From NCBI GenBank assembly GCA_023511995.1, contig JAIMAL010000003.1, positions 11,491 to 75,490 of the forward strand: a DNA stretch of 64,000 nucleotides. Reading direction: 5' to 3'. Source of the DNA: Burkholderiales bacterium. GTDB lineage: Bacteria > Pseudomonadota > Gammaproteobacteria > Burkholderiales > Thiobacteraceae. The position numbers and the translations under genes were made by a program. Below the pieces are notes generated by a model. It was given only the letters and a program-made list of their open reading frames with translations. It was not told the DNA's origin and ran no database searches. This document shows, one piece after another, positions 35,218 to 45,325 of this stretch (within the stretch, counting starts at the first letter, position 1; every line of letters starts with the position of its first letter).

Positions 35218-35559
35218 TTACAGTTCGAAGAGGGCGTCGATCTTGGCGGCGCAGATGAAATCGTTTTCCGACAGGCCACCGATGGCGTGGGTGATGTAAC
35301 GCACGGTCACGCGGTTGTAGCCCACCTCCAGATCGGGATGATGGTCCTCTCTGTGGGAAATCCAGGCGGTGGCATTGACGAAGGCCATGGTCTCGTAATA
35401 GTTGCGGAATTGGTAGGTTTTGGTGATGCCGCCATTCTCCAGGGTCCAGCCTTTCACCTGGGAAAGGAAGCCGTTGATCTGTTCCGGCGTGAGGGGCGGC
35501 ACCCCTCCCTCGCAGGGTTTGCAATGGCCTTTGCTGAGATCGCAGACGACGGTGGTCAT
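35218..35559 (-). CDS. phhB: 4a-hydroxytetrahydrobiopterin dehydratase (PCD/DCoH)
   Basis: Trimmed to MTTVVCDL (ATG = complement of 35557-35559) with a GAGGT RBS. Core motif HHPDLEVGYNRV. Confidence 0.85.
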   Translation of the reverse strand: MTTVVCDLSKGHCKPCEGGVPPLTPEQINGFLSQVKGWTLENGGITKTYQFRNYYETMAFVNATAWISHREDHHPDLEVGYNRVTVRYITHAIGGLSENDFICAAKIDALFEL

Positions 35560-35566
35560 GGTTACC

Positions 35567-35869
35567 TCACTTGAAGTGGTAGAAGGTTTCATTGAGATAG
35601 GCTCCTACGTGGCGCTCGTCCTCGGGGAACCAGCCGGCACCCGTGTTGGCATTGCAGGCGGAAATGCGTGAGGCGAGCGCCTGCGCGCTTTTCACCTTGC
35701 GCTCGGGGCGGGTGTAGATGCCGGAGCCATCGCCGCCATAGAGGGACACATGGCAGGCAACGCACTTGGCATCGTGCAGCGTTTTGCCTTTTTTCCCATC
35801 GCCGCCGGCGAAGGGCTGAGCATGCGCTGTCGCGGCCAGGAAAAGCAGAAGAAAGAACGAACGTTTCAT
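35567..35869 (-). CDS. Small periplasmic monoheme c-type cytochrome
   Basis: 100 aa with a signal peptide and a single CVACH. Confidence 0.65.
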   Translation of the reverse strand: MKRSFFLLLFLAATAHAQPFAGGDGKKGKTLHDAKCVACHVSLYGGDGSGIYTRPERKVKSAQALASRISACNANTGAGWFPEDERHVGAYLNETFYHFK

Positions 35870-35881
35870 GGCGAACTCCCT

Positions 35882-37147
35882 CTAGGCAACAGGCGCCGTT
35901 TTCAGGCGCCCGATGCGCAGCGCCGCCGGCGGGTGGGAATCGTAGAAAGTGGAATACAGGGGATCAGGCGTCAGGGTGGCGGCATTGTCCTGGTAGAGCT
36001 TGGTCAGCGCCTGGATCAGGGCCGCGGCGCTGGCATGGCGAGCGGCGAAGGCGTCGGCCTCGAACTCATGGCGGCGCGAATAGAAGGACAGCAGGGGCTG
36101 GAGAAGAAAAGTGAACACCGGGCCCACCAGCATGAACAGGGTGAGGGCCATGTAAGCCGAGGGCTGGCTTATGCCGAGGCCGGTGTAGAAGGCGGGCAGC
36201 TCTAAGAGCCGGGCCAGCACCATGAGCCCCACCAGGCTCAGCCCGGCCAGCCACAGCACACGTTTGACCACATGGCGGCGTTTGAAATGACCCAGCTCAT
36301 GGGCAAGCACCGCTTCGACTTCCTCCGGCGTGAGTTTGGCCAGCAGGGTGTCGTAGAAGACGATGCGCCGTGTCCTGCCGAAGCCAGTGAAATAGGCGTT
36401 GCCGTGGGTGCTGCGGCGGGAGCCGTCCATCACGAAAAGCCCCTGTGGCTCGAAGCCGCAGCGCGCAAGCAGGGCCTCGATGCGTGCTTTGAGCTCCCCT
36501 TCCGGCAGCGGCGTGAAGCGGTTGAAGAGGGGGGCGATCAACGCGGGCCAGAGGGCGAGCATCAGCACGTTGAAGAGCATCCACACCGCCCAGGCGGCCA
36601 GCCACCAGAAACGGCCGGCCGCCTGCATGAGCCAGAGCACTGCCAGCACCAGCGGCAAGCCCAGCACCAGCATCACCACGGTGGTGCGCAGAAGGTCTGC
36701 AAGGAACAGGCCAGGCGTGGTGCGGTTGAAGCCGAAGCGGGCATCGATGACGAAGGTGCGATAAAGGGAGAAAGGCAGCTCGACAAGACTCAGGAGGAGC
36801 ACCACCGTGGCGATGAAGAGGGCGCCGCGGGCGAGCTCCGTGCTAACCAGCCCGCGCAGCAAACCATCCAGGCGATCGAGGCCGCCACCGAGGGTAAAAA
36901 GAAGCAGCACGCCGGCATCGGCGAGGCTTTGCACCATCATGAGCCGGGTCCTGGCCACGGTGTAGTCCGCCGCTTTGCGGTGATCGGCAGCCGTGATGCG
37001 TTCCGCGAACTCGGCGGGAACACGATCGCGATGCGCTAGAATGTGCGCCACGTGCCGGCGCCCAAGCCAAAGCGTCAGCCCGACCTGCGCCGCAAGGGCG
37101 GCGAGGAAGACCGCGGTGACGATAAAGGCGGCGGAATCGGTATCCAT
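35882..37147 (-). CDS. M48-family (Ste24/HtpX-like) zinc metalloprotease
   Basis: HELGH motif ([12 protein letters not shown]) and multiple N-terminal TM helices. I chose the start at MDTDSAAF (ATG = complement of 37145-37147). The track start is a GTG at 37177 and remains possible. Neither start has a clear SD. Confidence 0.8.
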   Translation of the reverse strand: MDTDSAAFIVTAVFLAALAAQVGLTLWLGRRHVAHILAHRDRVPAEFAERITAADHRKAADYTVARTRLMMVQSLADAGVLLLFTLGGGLDRLDGLLRGLVSTELARGALFIATVVLLLSLVELPFSLYRTFVIDARFGFNRTTPGLFLADLLRTTVVMLVLGLPLVLAVLWLMQAAGRFWWLAAWAVWMLFNVLMLALWPALIAPLFNRFTPLPEGELKARIEALLARCGFEPQGLFVMDGSRRSTHGNAYFTGFGRTRRIVFYDTLLAKLTPEEVEAVLAHELGHFKRRHVVKRVLWLAGLSLVGLMVLARLLELPAFYTGLGISQPSAYMALTLFMLVGPVFTFLLQPLLSFYSRRHEFEADAFAARHASAAALIQALTKLYQDNAATLTPDPLYSTFYDSHPPAALRIGRLKTAPVA

Positions 37148-37196
37148 AGACAGGGACGGAAGAAGGGTTTTTGCCACCCGGAAAAGAAAGGAAATT

Positions 37197-37748
37197 ATGG
37201 CACAAGCGCCCGCTGAAAATCAGTTGATCTGGATCGACCTGGAGATGACCGGGCTCAATCCCGACCGGGATCGCATCATCGAGGTGGCACTGGTGGTCAC
37301 CGATGGTGATCTCAACGTGGTTGCGGAATCGCCGGCGCTCGCCGTGCATCAGCCGGACGAGGTGCTCGATGCCATGGACGACTGGAACAAGAGCACCCAT
37401 GGCAAAAGCGGCCTGATTGAACGGGTGCGGGCCTCCACCCTGAGTGAATCCGATGCGGAGGCGCAGATGCTGGCCTTTCTCGCGCCCCTGGTGCCGGCCG
37501 GCAAGTCGCCCATGTGTGGCAACTCGGTCTGCCAGGACCGGCGCTTCCTCGCCCGTTACATGCCGCGGCTGGAAGCCTATTTCCACTACCGCAACCTCGA
37601 CGTGAGCACGCTCAAGGAACTGGTCAAGCGCTGGAAGCCGGAGCTTGCCGCCGGCGTGGTCAAGGAGGGCAAACACACCGCGCTCGCCGACATCCACGAG
37701 TCCATCAACGAACTTCGCTACTATCGGGAGACATTCATAAGAACATGA
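37197..37748 (+). CDS. orn: Oligoribonuclease
   Basis: Track ORF 36993..37748 trimmed to [20 protein letters not shown] (ATG 37197). DEDDh exonuclease motifs. Confidence 0.92.
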   Translation: MAQAPAENQLIWIDLEMTGLNPDRDRIIEVALVVTDGDLNVVAESPALAVHQPDEVLDAMDDWNKSTHGKSGLIERVRASTLSESDAEAQMLAFLAPLVPAGKSPMCGNSVCQDRRFLARYMPRLEAYFHYRNLDVSTLKELVKRWKPELAAGVVKEGKHTALADIHESINELRYYRETFIRT

Positions 37749-37824
37749 GGCGCCCCTGCGGCGGAGGTCCGGCTTCCCCTTTCGACCCCGCCAAACAAAA
37801 GCCGCCTTTTTCAGTGGAGCAGCC

Positions 37825-40380
37825 ATGACGACCGGTCATACGTTCACCCTCGAGGTGAACCCGAAGATTCCCCGACGGCTTGCCCGCCTGGAGGAACTCG
37901 CCACCAATCTCTGGTACAGCTGGGATCGGCCCACCCGTACCCTGTTTGCGCGTCTGCATCCCGGCCTGTGGGATGCGGTGGGACACAACCCCAAGCTGTT
38001 TTTGCGCCGCATCGACGAGCAACGCCTGGTGGATGCGGTGGACGACCAGGTTTTTCTCGCCACCTACAACCGGGTGCTGTCGGCCTATGACACCTATCAC
38101 TCGGAGCCGATGCGCCCTTCCGGCCAGGAAAGCCTGGGGGAACACGATCTGGTGGCCTATTTCTGTTTCGAATTCGGCCTGCACGAAAGTTTCCCCATCT
38201 ATTCCGGTGGCCTGGGCATCCTTGCCGGTGACCACTGCAAAGCGGCAAGCGATATGCGGTTGCCCTTCATCGCCGTGGGACTGCTCTACCGCCAGGGCTA
38301 TTTCACCCAGACCATCAACAGCGAAGGCCAGCAGGTGGCCACCTATCACGACGCGGATTTCGATGATCTGCCCATCAGTCCGGTGCTCGAGGACGATGGC
38401 AATGAACTCATCGTGCGTGTGCCCCTCGCCGGCCGCCAGGTGGCGGTCAAGGTGTGGCAGGCCATCATCGGCCATGTGCGCCTTATCCTGCTCGATACCG
38501 ACCTCGAGGAAAACACGCCGGAAGACCGGGACATCGCCCACCAGCTCTATGGCGGTGACCGTCACACCCGCATCCGCCAGGAGATCATTCTGGGCATTGG
38601 CGGCCCGCGGGCCCTCAGTGCCATGGGCCTGAAGCCCACGGTGTGGCACATCAACGAGGGACACGCCGCCTTCCTGATTCTGGAGCGCATCCGCATGCTG
38701 CGCCAAGCGGGCCTGGATTTCGCCAGCGCCCTGGAGGCGGTGGCGGTAAACACGGTGTTCACCACCCACACGCCGGTGCCGGCAGGCCACGATCACTTCG
38801 CGCCGGACATGATCGAGGCGTATTTCCGCGACTTCCTGCCGGAACTGGGCATCAGCCGCGATGAACTCATGGCCCTCGGTCGCAAGGATGGCAGCCCGGA
38901 TTTCAACATGACCGCCCTGGCCATCCGCGGTTCCCGCCGCCATAACGGCGTCTCACGCATCCATGGTGGCGTGTCCTCCCGCATCTGCGCCGACCTCTGG
39001 CCGCAGATCGAAGCGGAGGAAAACCCCATGACCTACGTCACCAACGGCGTGCACGTGCCCACCTTCCTGGCGCTGGAGTGGATCGAGCTGTTCGACCAGT
39101 TCCTCGGTTACGAGTGGCGCCACCGCATGTCGGACCCTGACTTCTGGTCCCGCATCGACCGCATTCCCGATCACCTCTTCTGGAGTGTGCACCAGTCCCT
39201 CAAATCGCAGATGCTGCAGCTCATCCGGCATCGCATCACCCACCAGCATCTGCGCAACCATGGCTCCCAGGCGCATCTGGACCGCATGTTCCGCTATGCG
39301 GACCCGGCCAACCCCAATGTGCTGACGATTGGCTTCGCACGGCGTTTCGCCACCTACAAGCGGGCCACCCTCCTCTTCGAGAATCTGGACTGGCTGCGGG
39401 AGATCGTGGCGGATGGAGAACGTCCCGTGCTCTTCATCTTCGCCGGCAAGGCCCATCCCGCCGACCAACCGGGGCAGGAGCTCATCCGGCAGATTTACCA
39501 CATCATGCACATGCCGGAATTCGTCGGCAAAGTGCTGCTGGCGGAAGGCTACGACCTCAACATGGCGCGGCGTCTGGTGGCGGGCGTGGACGTGTGGCTG
39601 AACAACCCCGTCTATCCCCTGGAGGCGAGCGGCACCTCCGGCATGAAGGCGGGTATCAACGGTGTGCTCAACCTGTCGGTGCTGGATGGCTGGTGGGGCG
39701 AAGGTTACGACGGCACCAATGGCTGGGCCATCAAACCCGCACCGGAGAACATGGACGAATACCGGCGCAACAAGGAGGACAGCCAGACGCTCTACGAACT
39801 GCTGCAGGACCAGGTCATCCCCCTCTACTACAAGCGCGACAAATTCGGCTATTCACCAGAATGGGTGAAGATGGCCAAAACCTCCATCGCCACCCTGCTG
39901 CCGCGTTTCAACGCAAGCCGCATGGTGAGCGAATACGTAAGCCGCTTCTATCTCCCGGCGGCGAAAGCGGGACGGTATCTCGCGCAGGAAAACTATGCGC
40001 GGGCAAGGAGCCTCGCGCAATGGAAACAGCGGGTGCGTGCCGCCTGGCCGGGGGTGACGTTACGCCGGCTGGATACGCCGCCAAGACGCATCCGCTTTGG
40101 CGAGGAGGTGCGCATCGAGGTGGGGGTCAGGCTGAATGGCCTGCAGCCGGAGGACGTGGTGGTGGAGCTGCTGCTGACGCGGGGCAACAAGCACCACGCC
40201 GAGGACGCCCATCGTTACCGCTTCCGCTTCGATCGTCTGGACGGGGAGACGGGGGAACACCGCTTCGTCCTCGATCTCGCCCCCAGCCTCTGCGGCCGTC
40301 TGGACTACCGTATCCGCGCCTATCCCTCCCACGCCCTGCTCACCCATCCCCTGGAAATGGGGCTCATGGTGTGGCTGTAG
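37825..40380 (+). CDS. glgP: Alpha-glucan (glycogen/maltodextrin) phosphorylase, GT35
   Basis: 851 aa with the PLP-lysine motif EASGTSGMKAGINGV and the N-terminal extension typical of the alpha-glucan family phosphorylases. Confidence 0.88.
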   Translation: MTTGHTFTLEVNPKIPRRLARLEELATNLWYSWDRPTRTLFARLHPGLWDAVGHNPKLFLRRIDEQRLVDAVDDQVFLATYNRVLSAYDTYHSEPMRPSGQESLGEHDLVAYFCFEFGLHESFPIYSGGLGILAGDHCKAASDMRLPFIAVGLLYRQGYFTQTINSEGQQVATYHDADFDDLPISPVLEDDGNELIVRVPLAGRQVAVKVWQAIIGHVRLILLDTDLEENTPEDRDIAHQLYGGDRHTRIRQEIILGIGGPRALSAMGLKPTVWHINEGHAAFLILERIRMLRQAGLDFASALEAVAVNTVFTTHTPVPAGHDHFAPDMIEAYFRDFLPELGISRDELMALGRKDGSPDFNMTALAIRGSRRHNGVSRIHGGVSSRICADLWPQIEAEENPMTYVTNGVHVPTFLALEWIELFDQFLGYEWRHRMSDPDFWSRIDRIPDHLFWSVHQSLKSQMLQLIRHRITHQHLRNHGSQAHLDRMFRYADPANPNVLTIGFARRFATYKRATLLFENLDWLREIVADGERPVLFIFAGKAHPADQPGQELIRQIYHIMHMPEFVGKVLLAEGYDLNMARRLVAGVDVWLNNPVYPLEASGTSGMKAGINGVLNLSVLDGWWGEGYDGTNGWAIKPAPENMDEYRRNKEDSQTLYELLQDQVIPLYYKRDKFGYSPEWVKMAKTSIATLLPRFNASRMVSEYVSRFYLPAAKAGRYLAQENYARARSLAQWKQRVRAAWPGVTLRRLDTPPRRIRFGEEVRIEVGVRLNGLQPEDVVVELLLTRGNKHHAEDAHRYRFRFDRLDGETGEHRFVLDLAPSLCGRLDYRIRAYPSHALLTHPLEMGLMVWL

Positions 40381-40518
40381 GCGGTGGCCGGAAAAGGGGC
40401 AGCCGAACACCAACGCCCTGTGAAGACAAAAAAGCGGGAATTTCGGTGAACGCTCAGAAAACCGGCGTTTCCGGTGCCGTCGCCTTGCGCGCGGGCACAT
40501 TGAGTGTTCCGGCGCCCC

Positions 40519-42000
40519 TTACGTTCCGATCCCTGATTCCTGATTGCTGATTCCTGATACGCTCCGGTACAGGTCCAGATAGGCGCGGGCGCTGCGCGCC
40601 CAGGAAAAATCCATGGCCATCGCGGCGCGCTGGATGCGGCGCCAGGTGGGCACATCGCGCCAGGCAGCAAGGGCGCGGCTGACGCCGGCCAGCACACTGG
40701 CGTAATGCATGTCGTGGAAGACGAAGCCGGTGGCAGTGCCGTTGGCAAGATTCTCCGCCGTGGCATCGATCACCGTGTCCGCCAGTCCGCCGGTGGCATG
40801 CACCACCGGCGGTGTGCCGTAGCGCTGGCTGTACATCTGGTTGAGGCCACAGGGCTCGTAACGGGAGGGCATGAGGAAGAGATCGGCACCGGCCTCCATG
40901 AGATGGGACAGCCCTTCGTCGAAACCGATGGTGACCGACAGCTCCCCCGGATGCCGTGCGGCAAGGCAGGTGAAGGCCGCTTCCAGCTCCTTTTCGCCGC
41001 TGCCCAGGATGGCCATCTGCGCCCTTTCGCGCAACAGGGCGGGGGCGAGGGCGAGCACCACGTCGGAACCCTTCTGGTAGGTGATGCGGGAGATGACGGC
41101 GATGAGGGGGCGCGTCTCATCCAACGCAAGCCCCAGGCGCTGCCTCAGCACGCGCCGGCAGACCGCCTTGCCCTGGAGATGATCGGCATCATAACCCTGG
41201 GGCAGGTGGGGGTCCGTGGCCGGGTCCCATTCGTTGGTATCGATGCCGTTGAGAATGCCGGTCAAGGTTGCAGATCGCGCCTTGAGCAGACCATGCATGC
41301 CGAAGCCCAGGCTTTCCTCCTGGATTTCCCGCGCGTAGGTGGGGCTCACCGTCGTCAGCCAACTGGCGTAATACAGCCCGGCCTTGAGGAAGGAGAGATG
41401 ACCGTAATATTCGAGGCCATGCAGACTGAAACTCTCCGGCGGCAGACGCAGGGAGGCAAGCCACTCGGCGCCGAAATTGCCCTGATAGGCGAGGTTGTGA
41501 ATGGTCATCACCGTCGGCGTGTGCTGCCGGCGGAAATGGAGGTAGGCCGGTGCAAGCCCCGTCTGCCAGTCATTGCAGTGGAGGAGGTGGGGCCGCCAGT
41601 GGAGGGGGGTGTCCGTCGAGGCAAGCAGCGCCGCGGTATGGGAGAGCAAGCCGAAACGGAGCGCATTGTCCGGCCAGTCGCGGCCATCGGCCGCCTGATA
41701 GGGGCCGCCGTCTCGGTTAAAGTACTCATCCCAGACGACGATATAGAGCGGAACGCCGCTGCCCGGCACTTCCGCTGCGCGCAACTCCACCTGCCCTTGT
41801 GTAAAGGGGTGCGGAAACCACGCCACCGTGTCGCTCCTGCCCAGACGTTCGAGGAGGGCGCGATAGCCCGGAACCAGCACGCGGGCGTCCACCCCCAGCC
41901 CGCGCAGCGCAGCGGGCAGGGCGCCCGAGACGTCGGCAAGCCCCCCGGTCTTGATCAGGGGATGGATTTCCGAAGTGGCGAAAAGAACCTGGAGGGGCAT
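40519..42000 (-). CDS. glgA: Glycogen synthase (ADP-glucose type)
   Basis: 493 aa with the N-terminal KTGGLADV motif. GlgA-like throughout. It has a 14-aa non-conserved C-terminal tail. Confidence 0.92.
   Translation of the reverse strand: MPLQVLFATSEIHPLIKTGGLADVSGALPAALRGLGVDARVLVPGYRALLERLGRSDTVAWFPHPFTQGQVELRAAEVPGSGVPLYIVVWDEYFNRDGGPYQAADGRDWPDNALRFGLLSHTAALLASTDTPLHWRPHLLHCNDWQTGLAPAYLHFRRQHTPTVMTIHNLAYQGNFGAEWLASLRLPPESFSLHGLEYYGHLSFLKAGLYYASWLTTVSPTYAREIQEESLGFGMHGLLKARSATLTGILNGIDTNEWDPATDPHLPQGYDADHLQGKAVCRRVLRQRLGLALDETRPLIAVISRITYQKGSDVVLALAPALLRERAQMAILGSGEKELEAAFTCLAARHPGELSVTIGFDEGLSHLMEAGADLFLMPSRYEPCGLNQMYSQRYGTPPVVHATGGLADTVIDATAENLANGTATGFVFHDMHYASVLAGVSRALAAWRDVPTWRRIQRAAMAMDFSWARSARAYLDLYRSVSGISNQESGIGT
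40532..40559. repeat. Heptanucleotide tandem repeat x4 at the glgA 3' end
   Basis: cctgatt cctgatt gctgatt cctgata. It encodes the extra C-terminal residues ...GISNQESGIG of GlgA. Confidence 0.7.
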
Positions 42001-42089
42001 TCCGGCGGAATCGGTTGTTCTTCTATAGTGGAAGCGAAAAAAGGGATTATAGAGCGTATTCTTCGCTGGCCAAGCTCAAGGAGTGACGC

Positions 42090-43007
42090 ATGAGAATCGC
42101 AATGGTGGGATTGGGCCGCATGGGCGGCAACATGGCGCGGCGCCTCGCCCGCGGTGGCGTGGAGGTGGTGGCGTGGAACCGCAGCTTCGAGGTCACCGAG
42201 GCGTTGGCACAGGAAACGGGCGCGCGCGCGGTGCGGACTTTTGACGAGCTCGTCGAGGCCCTGCCGCCGCCGCGCATCGTCTGGCTCATGCTGCCGGCGG
42301 GGGCGGCAACCGAGGAGGCCATCGGCCGGCTCACGCCCCTCCTTTCAGCGGGCGATCTCGTGGTGGATGGTGCCAACGGTTATTACAAGGACGCCATCCG
42401 CCACGGTGTCGAGCTGAAAAAACACGGCCTGCAGTTCATCGACTGCGGTGTGTCCGGCGGCATCTGGGGGCTTGCCAATGGCTATTGCCTCATGTTCGGC
42501 GGCGAGGCCGAGGCGGCCAGCCGCATCACACCCTACATGCGGGTGCTGGCTCCCACGCCGGAGACGGGCTGGCTGCACTGCGGGCCGGTGGGGGCGGGCC
42601 ATTTCACCAAGATGATCCACAACGGCATCGAATACGGCATGATGCAGGCGCTGGCGGAAGGGTTTGCCCTGCTCGGCGCCAAGCGGGAGTTCGAGCTGGA
42701 TCTGGCGGCCATTGCCGAGCTCTGGCGCCATGGCAGTGTGGTGCGCTCCTGGCTTCTCGACCTCACCGCGGAGGCGCTGGCGCAGGATGCAAGGCTCGCC
42801 GACATCGAGCCCTATGTGCCGGATTCCGGGGAGGGACGCTGGACGGCGCTGGAGGCGGTGGAGCAGGGCGTGCCGACACCGGTGATGACCCTGGCCCTGA
42901 TGATGCGTTTTGCCAGCCAGGGCAAAAACGATTTCCCCGCCAAGCTGCTCGCCATGATGCGCAAGGGCTTTGGCGGCCACGCGGTGAAGACCGGGAGCAA
43001 GGCATGA
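42090..43007 (+). CDS. gnd: 6-phosphogluconate dehydrogenase, short (~300 aa) decarboxylating form
   Basis: 305 aa with the Rossmann motif [12 protein letters not shown]. Short Gnd-like family. Confidence 0.85.
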   Translation: MRIAMVGLGRMGGNMARRLARGGVEVVAWNRSFEVTEALAQETGARAVRTFDELVEALPPPRIVWLMLPAGAATEEAIGRLTPLLSAGDLVVDGANGYYKDAIRHGVELKKHGLQFIDCGVSGGIWGLANGYCLMFGGEAEAASRITPYMRVLAPTPETGWLHCGPVGAGHFTKMIHNGIEYGMMQALAEGFALLGAKREFELDLAAIAELWRHGSVVRSWLLDLTAEALAQDARLADIEPYVPDSGEGRWTALEAVEQGVPTPVMTLALMMRFASQGKNDFPAKLLAMMRKGFGGHAVKTGSKA

Positions 43008-44497
43008 ACGGCAATCAGACCACCAATCCTGATACCCCCTGCAGCTTCGTCATCTTCGGTTCCACGGGCAACCTGTCGCAGACCAAGCTGCTGCCGGCGC
43101 TCTATCATCTGGAAAGGGCCGGCCGGCTGCCGGGCCACATGAGCCTGTTTGCCTTCGGCCGGCGTCCCTTCACCGACGAGGACTGGCGTAACTTCATGCG
43201 CGAGGCGCTGGAGAGGAAACTTCAGGCGCAGTTCGATCCCGGGCTCTTCGAAAAATTCGCGCAACGCTTCACCTACGTGCAGGGCGAGCTGCACAACCGC
43301 GAGGACTACGAAAAGCTCAAGCAGGCGCTGGCCACCCCCAAGATGGGGGCGTGTACCAATGTGGTTTTCTACCTGGCGATCAAGCCGGCCGAATTCGTGG
43401 CGGTCATCAACAATCTCGACCGCGCGGGGTTGAACAAGCCCCGCGGCCTGCACCGCATCGTGGTGGAGAAACCCTTCGGCGAGGACATCGAAAGCGCGGA
43501 GATGCTGAACCAGGTGCTGCACAAGCACTTCGATGAGCAGCAGGTCTATCGCATCGACCACTACCTGGGCAAGGAAACGGTGCAGAACCTGTTGGTCTTC
43601 CGCTTTGCCAATACCCTCATCGAACCCCTGTGGAACCGCAATTTCATCGACCACGTGCAGATCACCGTGGCGGAACAGGTGGGGATCGGCAAGCGCGCGG
43701 ATTATTACGAGCGGGCGGGGGCGCTGCGGGACATGCTGCAGAACCACCTCATGCAACTACTCACCGTGGTGGCCATGGAACCCCCCGCCAACATGGATGC
43801 CGATGCGGTGCGGGATGAAAAAGTGAAGGTGCTGCGTTCCATCCGGCCGATTTCCAAGCGTTCGGTCAACGCCCACGCCTTCCGCGCCCAGTACGGCCCC
43901 GGTTTCATCAATGGCGAGCCGGTGCCCGGCTACCAGGAGGAGGAAGGGGTGGAGCCCGGTTCGGTGACGGAGACTTTCGTCGCCGCCAAGTTCTATATCG
44001 ACAACTGGCGGTGGCGGGATGTGCCCTTCTACCTGCGCACCGGCAAACGCATGGCCAAGCAGCTTTCCCTCATCGCCATCCGCTTCAAGCATCCGCCGCA
44101 GCAACTGTTCCGGGAAACGCCGCTCACTTCCATCGCGCCCAACTGGATCGTGCTTTCGTTGCAGCCGGAGGAGAGCATGCACATGGAGGTGCACGTCAAG
44201 CAGCCGGGCCTGGAGATGCAGACGAGGGTGTTGAAGATGAATGCCTTCTATCAGGAACCCGGGGTTAAATCCCTGGATGCCTACGAAAACCTGCTGCTGG
44301 ACGTCATCGAAGGGGATCGTACCCTGTTTCTCCGCTACGACGAAGTGGAATGGGCCTGGCGGGTGGTGGACCCCATCCTCAAGCATTGGGCCATGGAGCG
44401 GGATTACATCCATACCTATCCGGCGGGTAGCTGGGGCCTGCAGGAGGCCAACCGGCTGTTCGACGGTGAGGATCAGGAATGGCGTAACGAAGTATGA
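43004..44497 (+). CDS. zwf: Glucose-6-phosphate 1-dehydrogenase
   Basis: Track ORF 42485..44497 trimmed to MNGNQTTNP (ATG 43004, ATGA overlap with the gnd stop). RIDHYLGKE signature. Confidence 0.93.
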   Translation: MNGNQTTNPDTPCSFVIFGSTGNLSQTKLLPALYHLERAGRLPGHMSLFAFGRRPFTDEDWRNFMREALERKLQAQFDPGLFEKFAQRFTYVQGELHNREDYEKLKQALATPKMGACTNVVFYLAIKPAEFVAVINNLDRAGLNKPRGLHRIVVEKPFGEDIESAEMLNQVLHKHFDEQQVYRIDHYLGKETVQNLLVFRFANTLIEPLWNRNFIDHVQITVAEQVGIGKRADYYERAGALRDMLQNHLMQLLTVVAMEPPANMDADAVRDEKVKVLRSIRPISKRSVNAHAFRAQYGPGFINGEPVPGYQEEEGVEPGSVTETFVAAKFYIDNWRWRDVPFYLRTGKRMAKQLSLIAIRFKHPPQQLFRETPLTSIAPNWIVLSLQPEESMHMEVHVKQPGLEMQTRVLKMNAFYQEPGVKSLDAYENLLLDVIEGDRTLFLRYDEVEWAWRVVDPILKHWAMERDYIHTYPAGSWGLQEANRLFDGEDQEWRNEV

Positions 44498-45189
44498 CGC
44501 CCACCCGCTGGCACGTCCTGCCCGATGCCCCAGCGGTGGCGGCGGAAGCGATGCGCCGCGTGGAGGAGGCGGCACGCCGCGCCATCGGTGAACGGGGCGC
44601 CTTTCACATCGTGCTCGCCGGCGGCACCACGCCGCGTCTCCTCTACAGCCTGCTGCCGCAGCTTGCCACCGACTGGTCGCGCTGGCACGTGTGGTTCGGT
44701 GATGAACGGGTGGCGGCCGCAAACGACCCGGAGCGCAACAGCGTCATGGCGCAGACGGTCTGGCTTGACCGGGTGCCCATCCCGGCTGCGCAGGTGCACC
44801 TCATCCCCACCGAACGGGGACTGGCGGCGGCGGTGGAGGCTTATCGGCAGGCGCTCGCGGGGGTGGGGGATTTCGACCTCGTGCTGCTGGGCCTGGGCGA
44901 GGACGGCCACACGGCAAGCCTGTTTCCCGGCCACGACTGGGGGGTGGGGCCCACGGCGCCGGATGTGCTCGCCATCGAAAACGCCCCGAAGCCTCCACCC
45001 CAGCGCGTTTCCCTCTCTGCGGCGAGGCTCTCCCGGGCGCGCAGCGTGCTCTTCCTGGTGACGGGTGCAGGCAAACGGGAGGCGGTGGCCCGCTGGCGGG
45101 GCGGCGGGATGCTGCCTGCGGCCGCCATCACCCCTGCCTGTGGCGTCGATGTCCTGCTGGATGCAGAAAGCGCCGGCGATATCGTTTGA
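44494..45189 (+). CDS. pgl: 6-phosphogluconolactonase
   Basis: 231 aa with an ATGA overlap with the zwf stop. [15 protein letters not shown] motif. Confidence 0.9.
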   Translation: MTPTRWHVLPDAPAVAAEAMRRVEEAARRAIGERGAFHIVLAGGTTPRLLYSLLPQLATDWSRWHVWFGDERVAAANDPERNSVMAQTVWLDRVPIPAAQVHLIPTERGLAAAVEAYRQALAGVGDFDLVLLGLGEDGHTASLFPGHDWGVGPTAPDVLAIENAPKPPPQRVSLSAARLSRARSVLFLVTGAGKREAVARWRGGGMLPAAAITPACGVDVLLDAESAGDIV

Positions 45190-45325
45190 AAGACGAAGCG
45201 CCAAGCGCAGGAAAATCACGCGCCCGACGGCGAGGGCGAAGCCACAGCCGATCGTTCCAGACTGACGGCAGGGGGAGAAGTCCCGGACACAGGGAGGCGA
45301 AGCAAAGGGGGTAAAATTCCACCCC

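Noticed and set aside
42001-42089. Promoter elements in the glgA/gnd divergent spacer (CTATAG and TTATAG motifs)
   Set aside because: I could not pair any -10-like hexamer with a -35 at 16-18 nt spacing on either strand, so I made no call.
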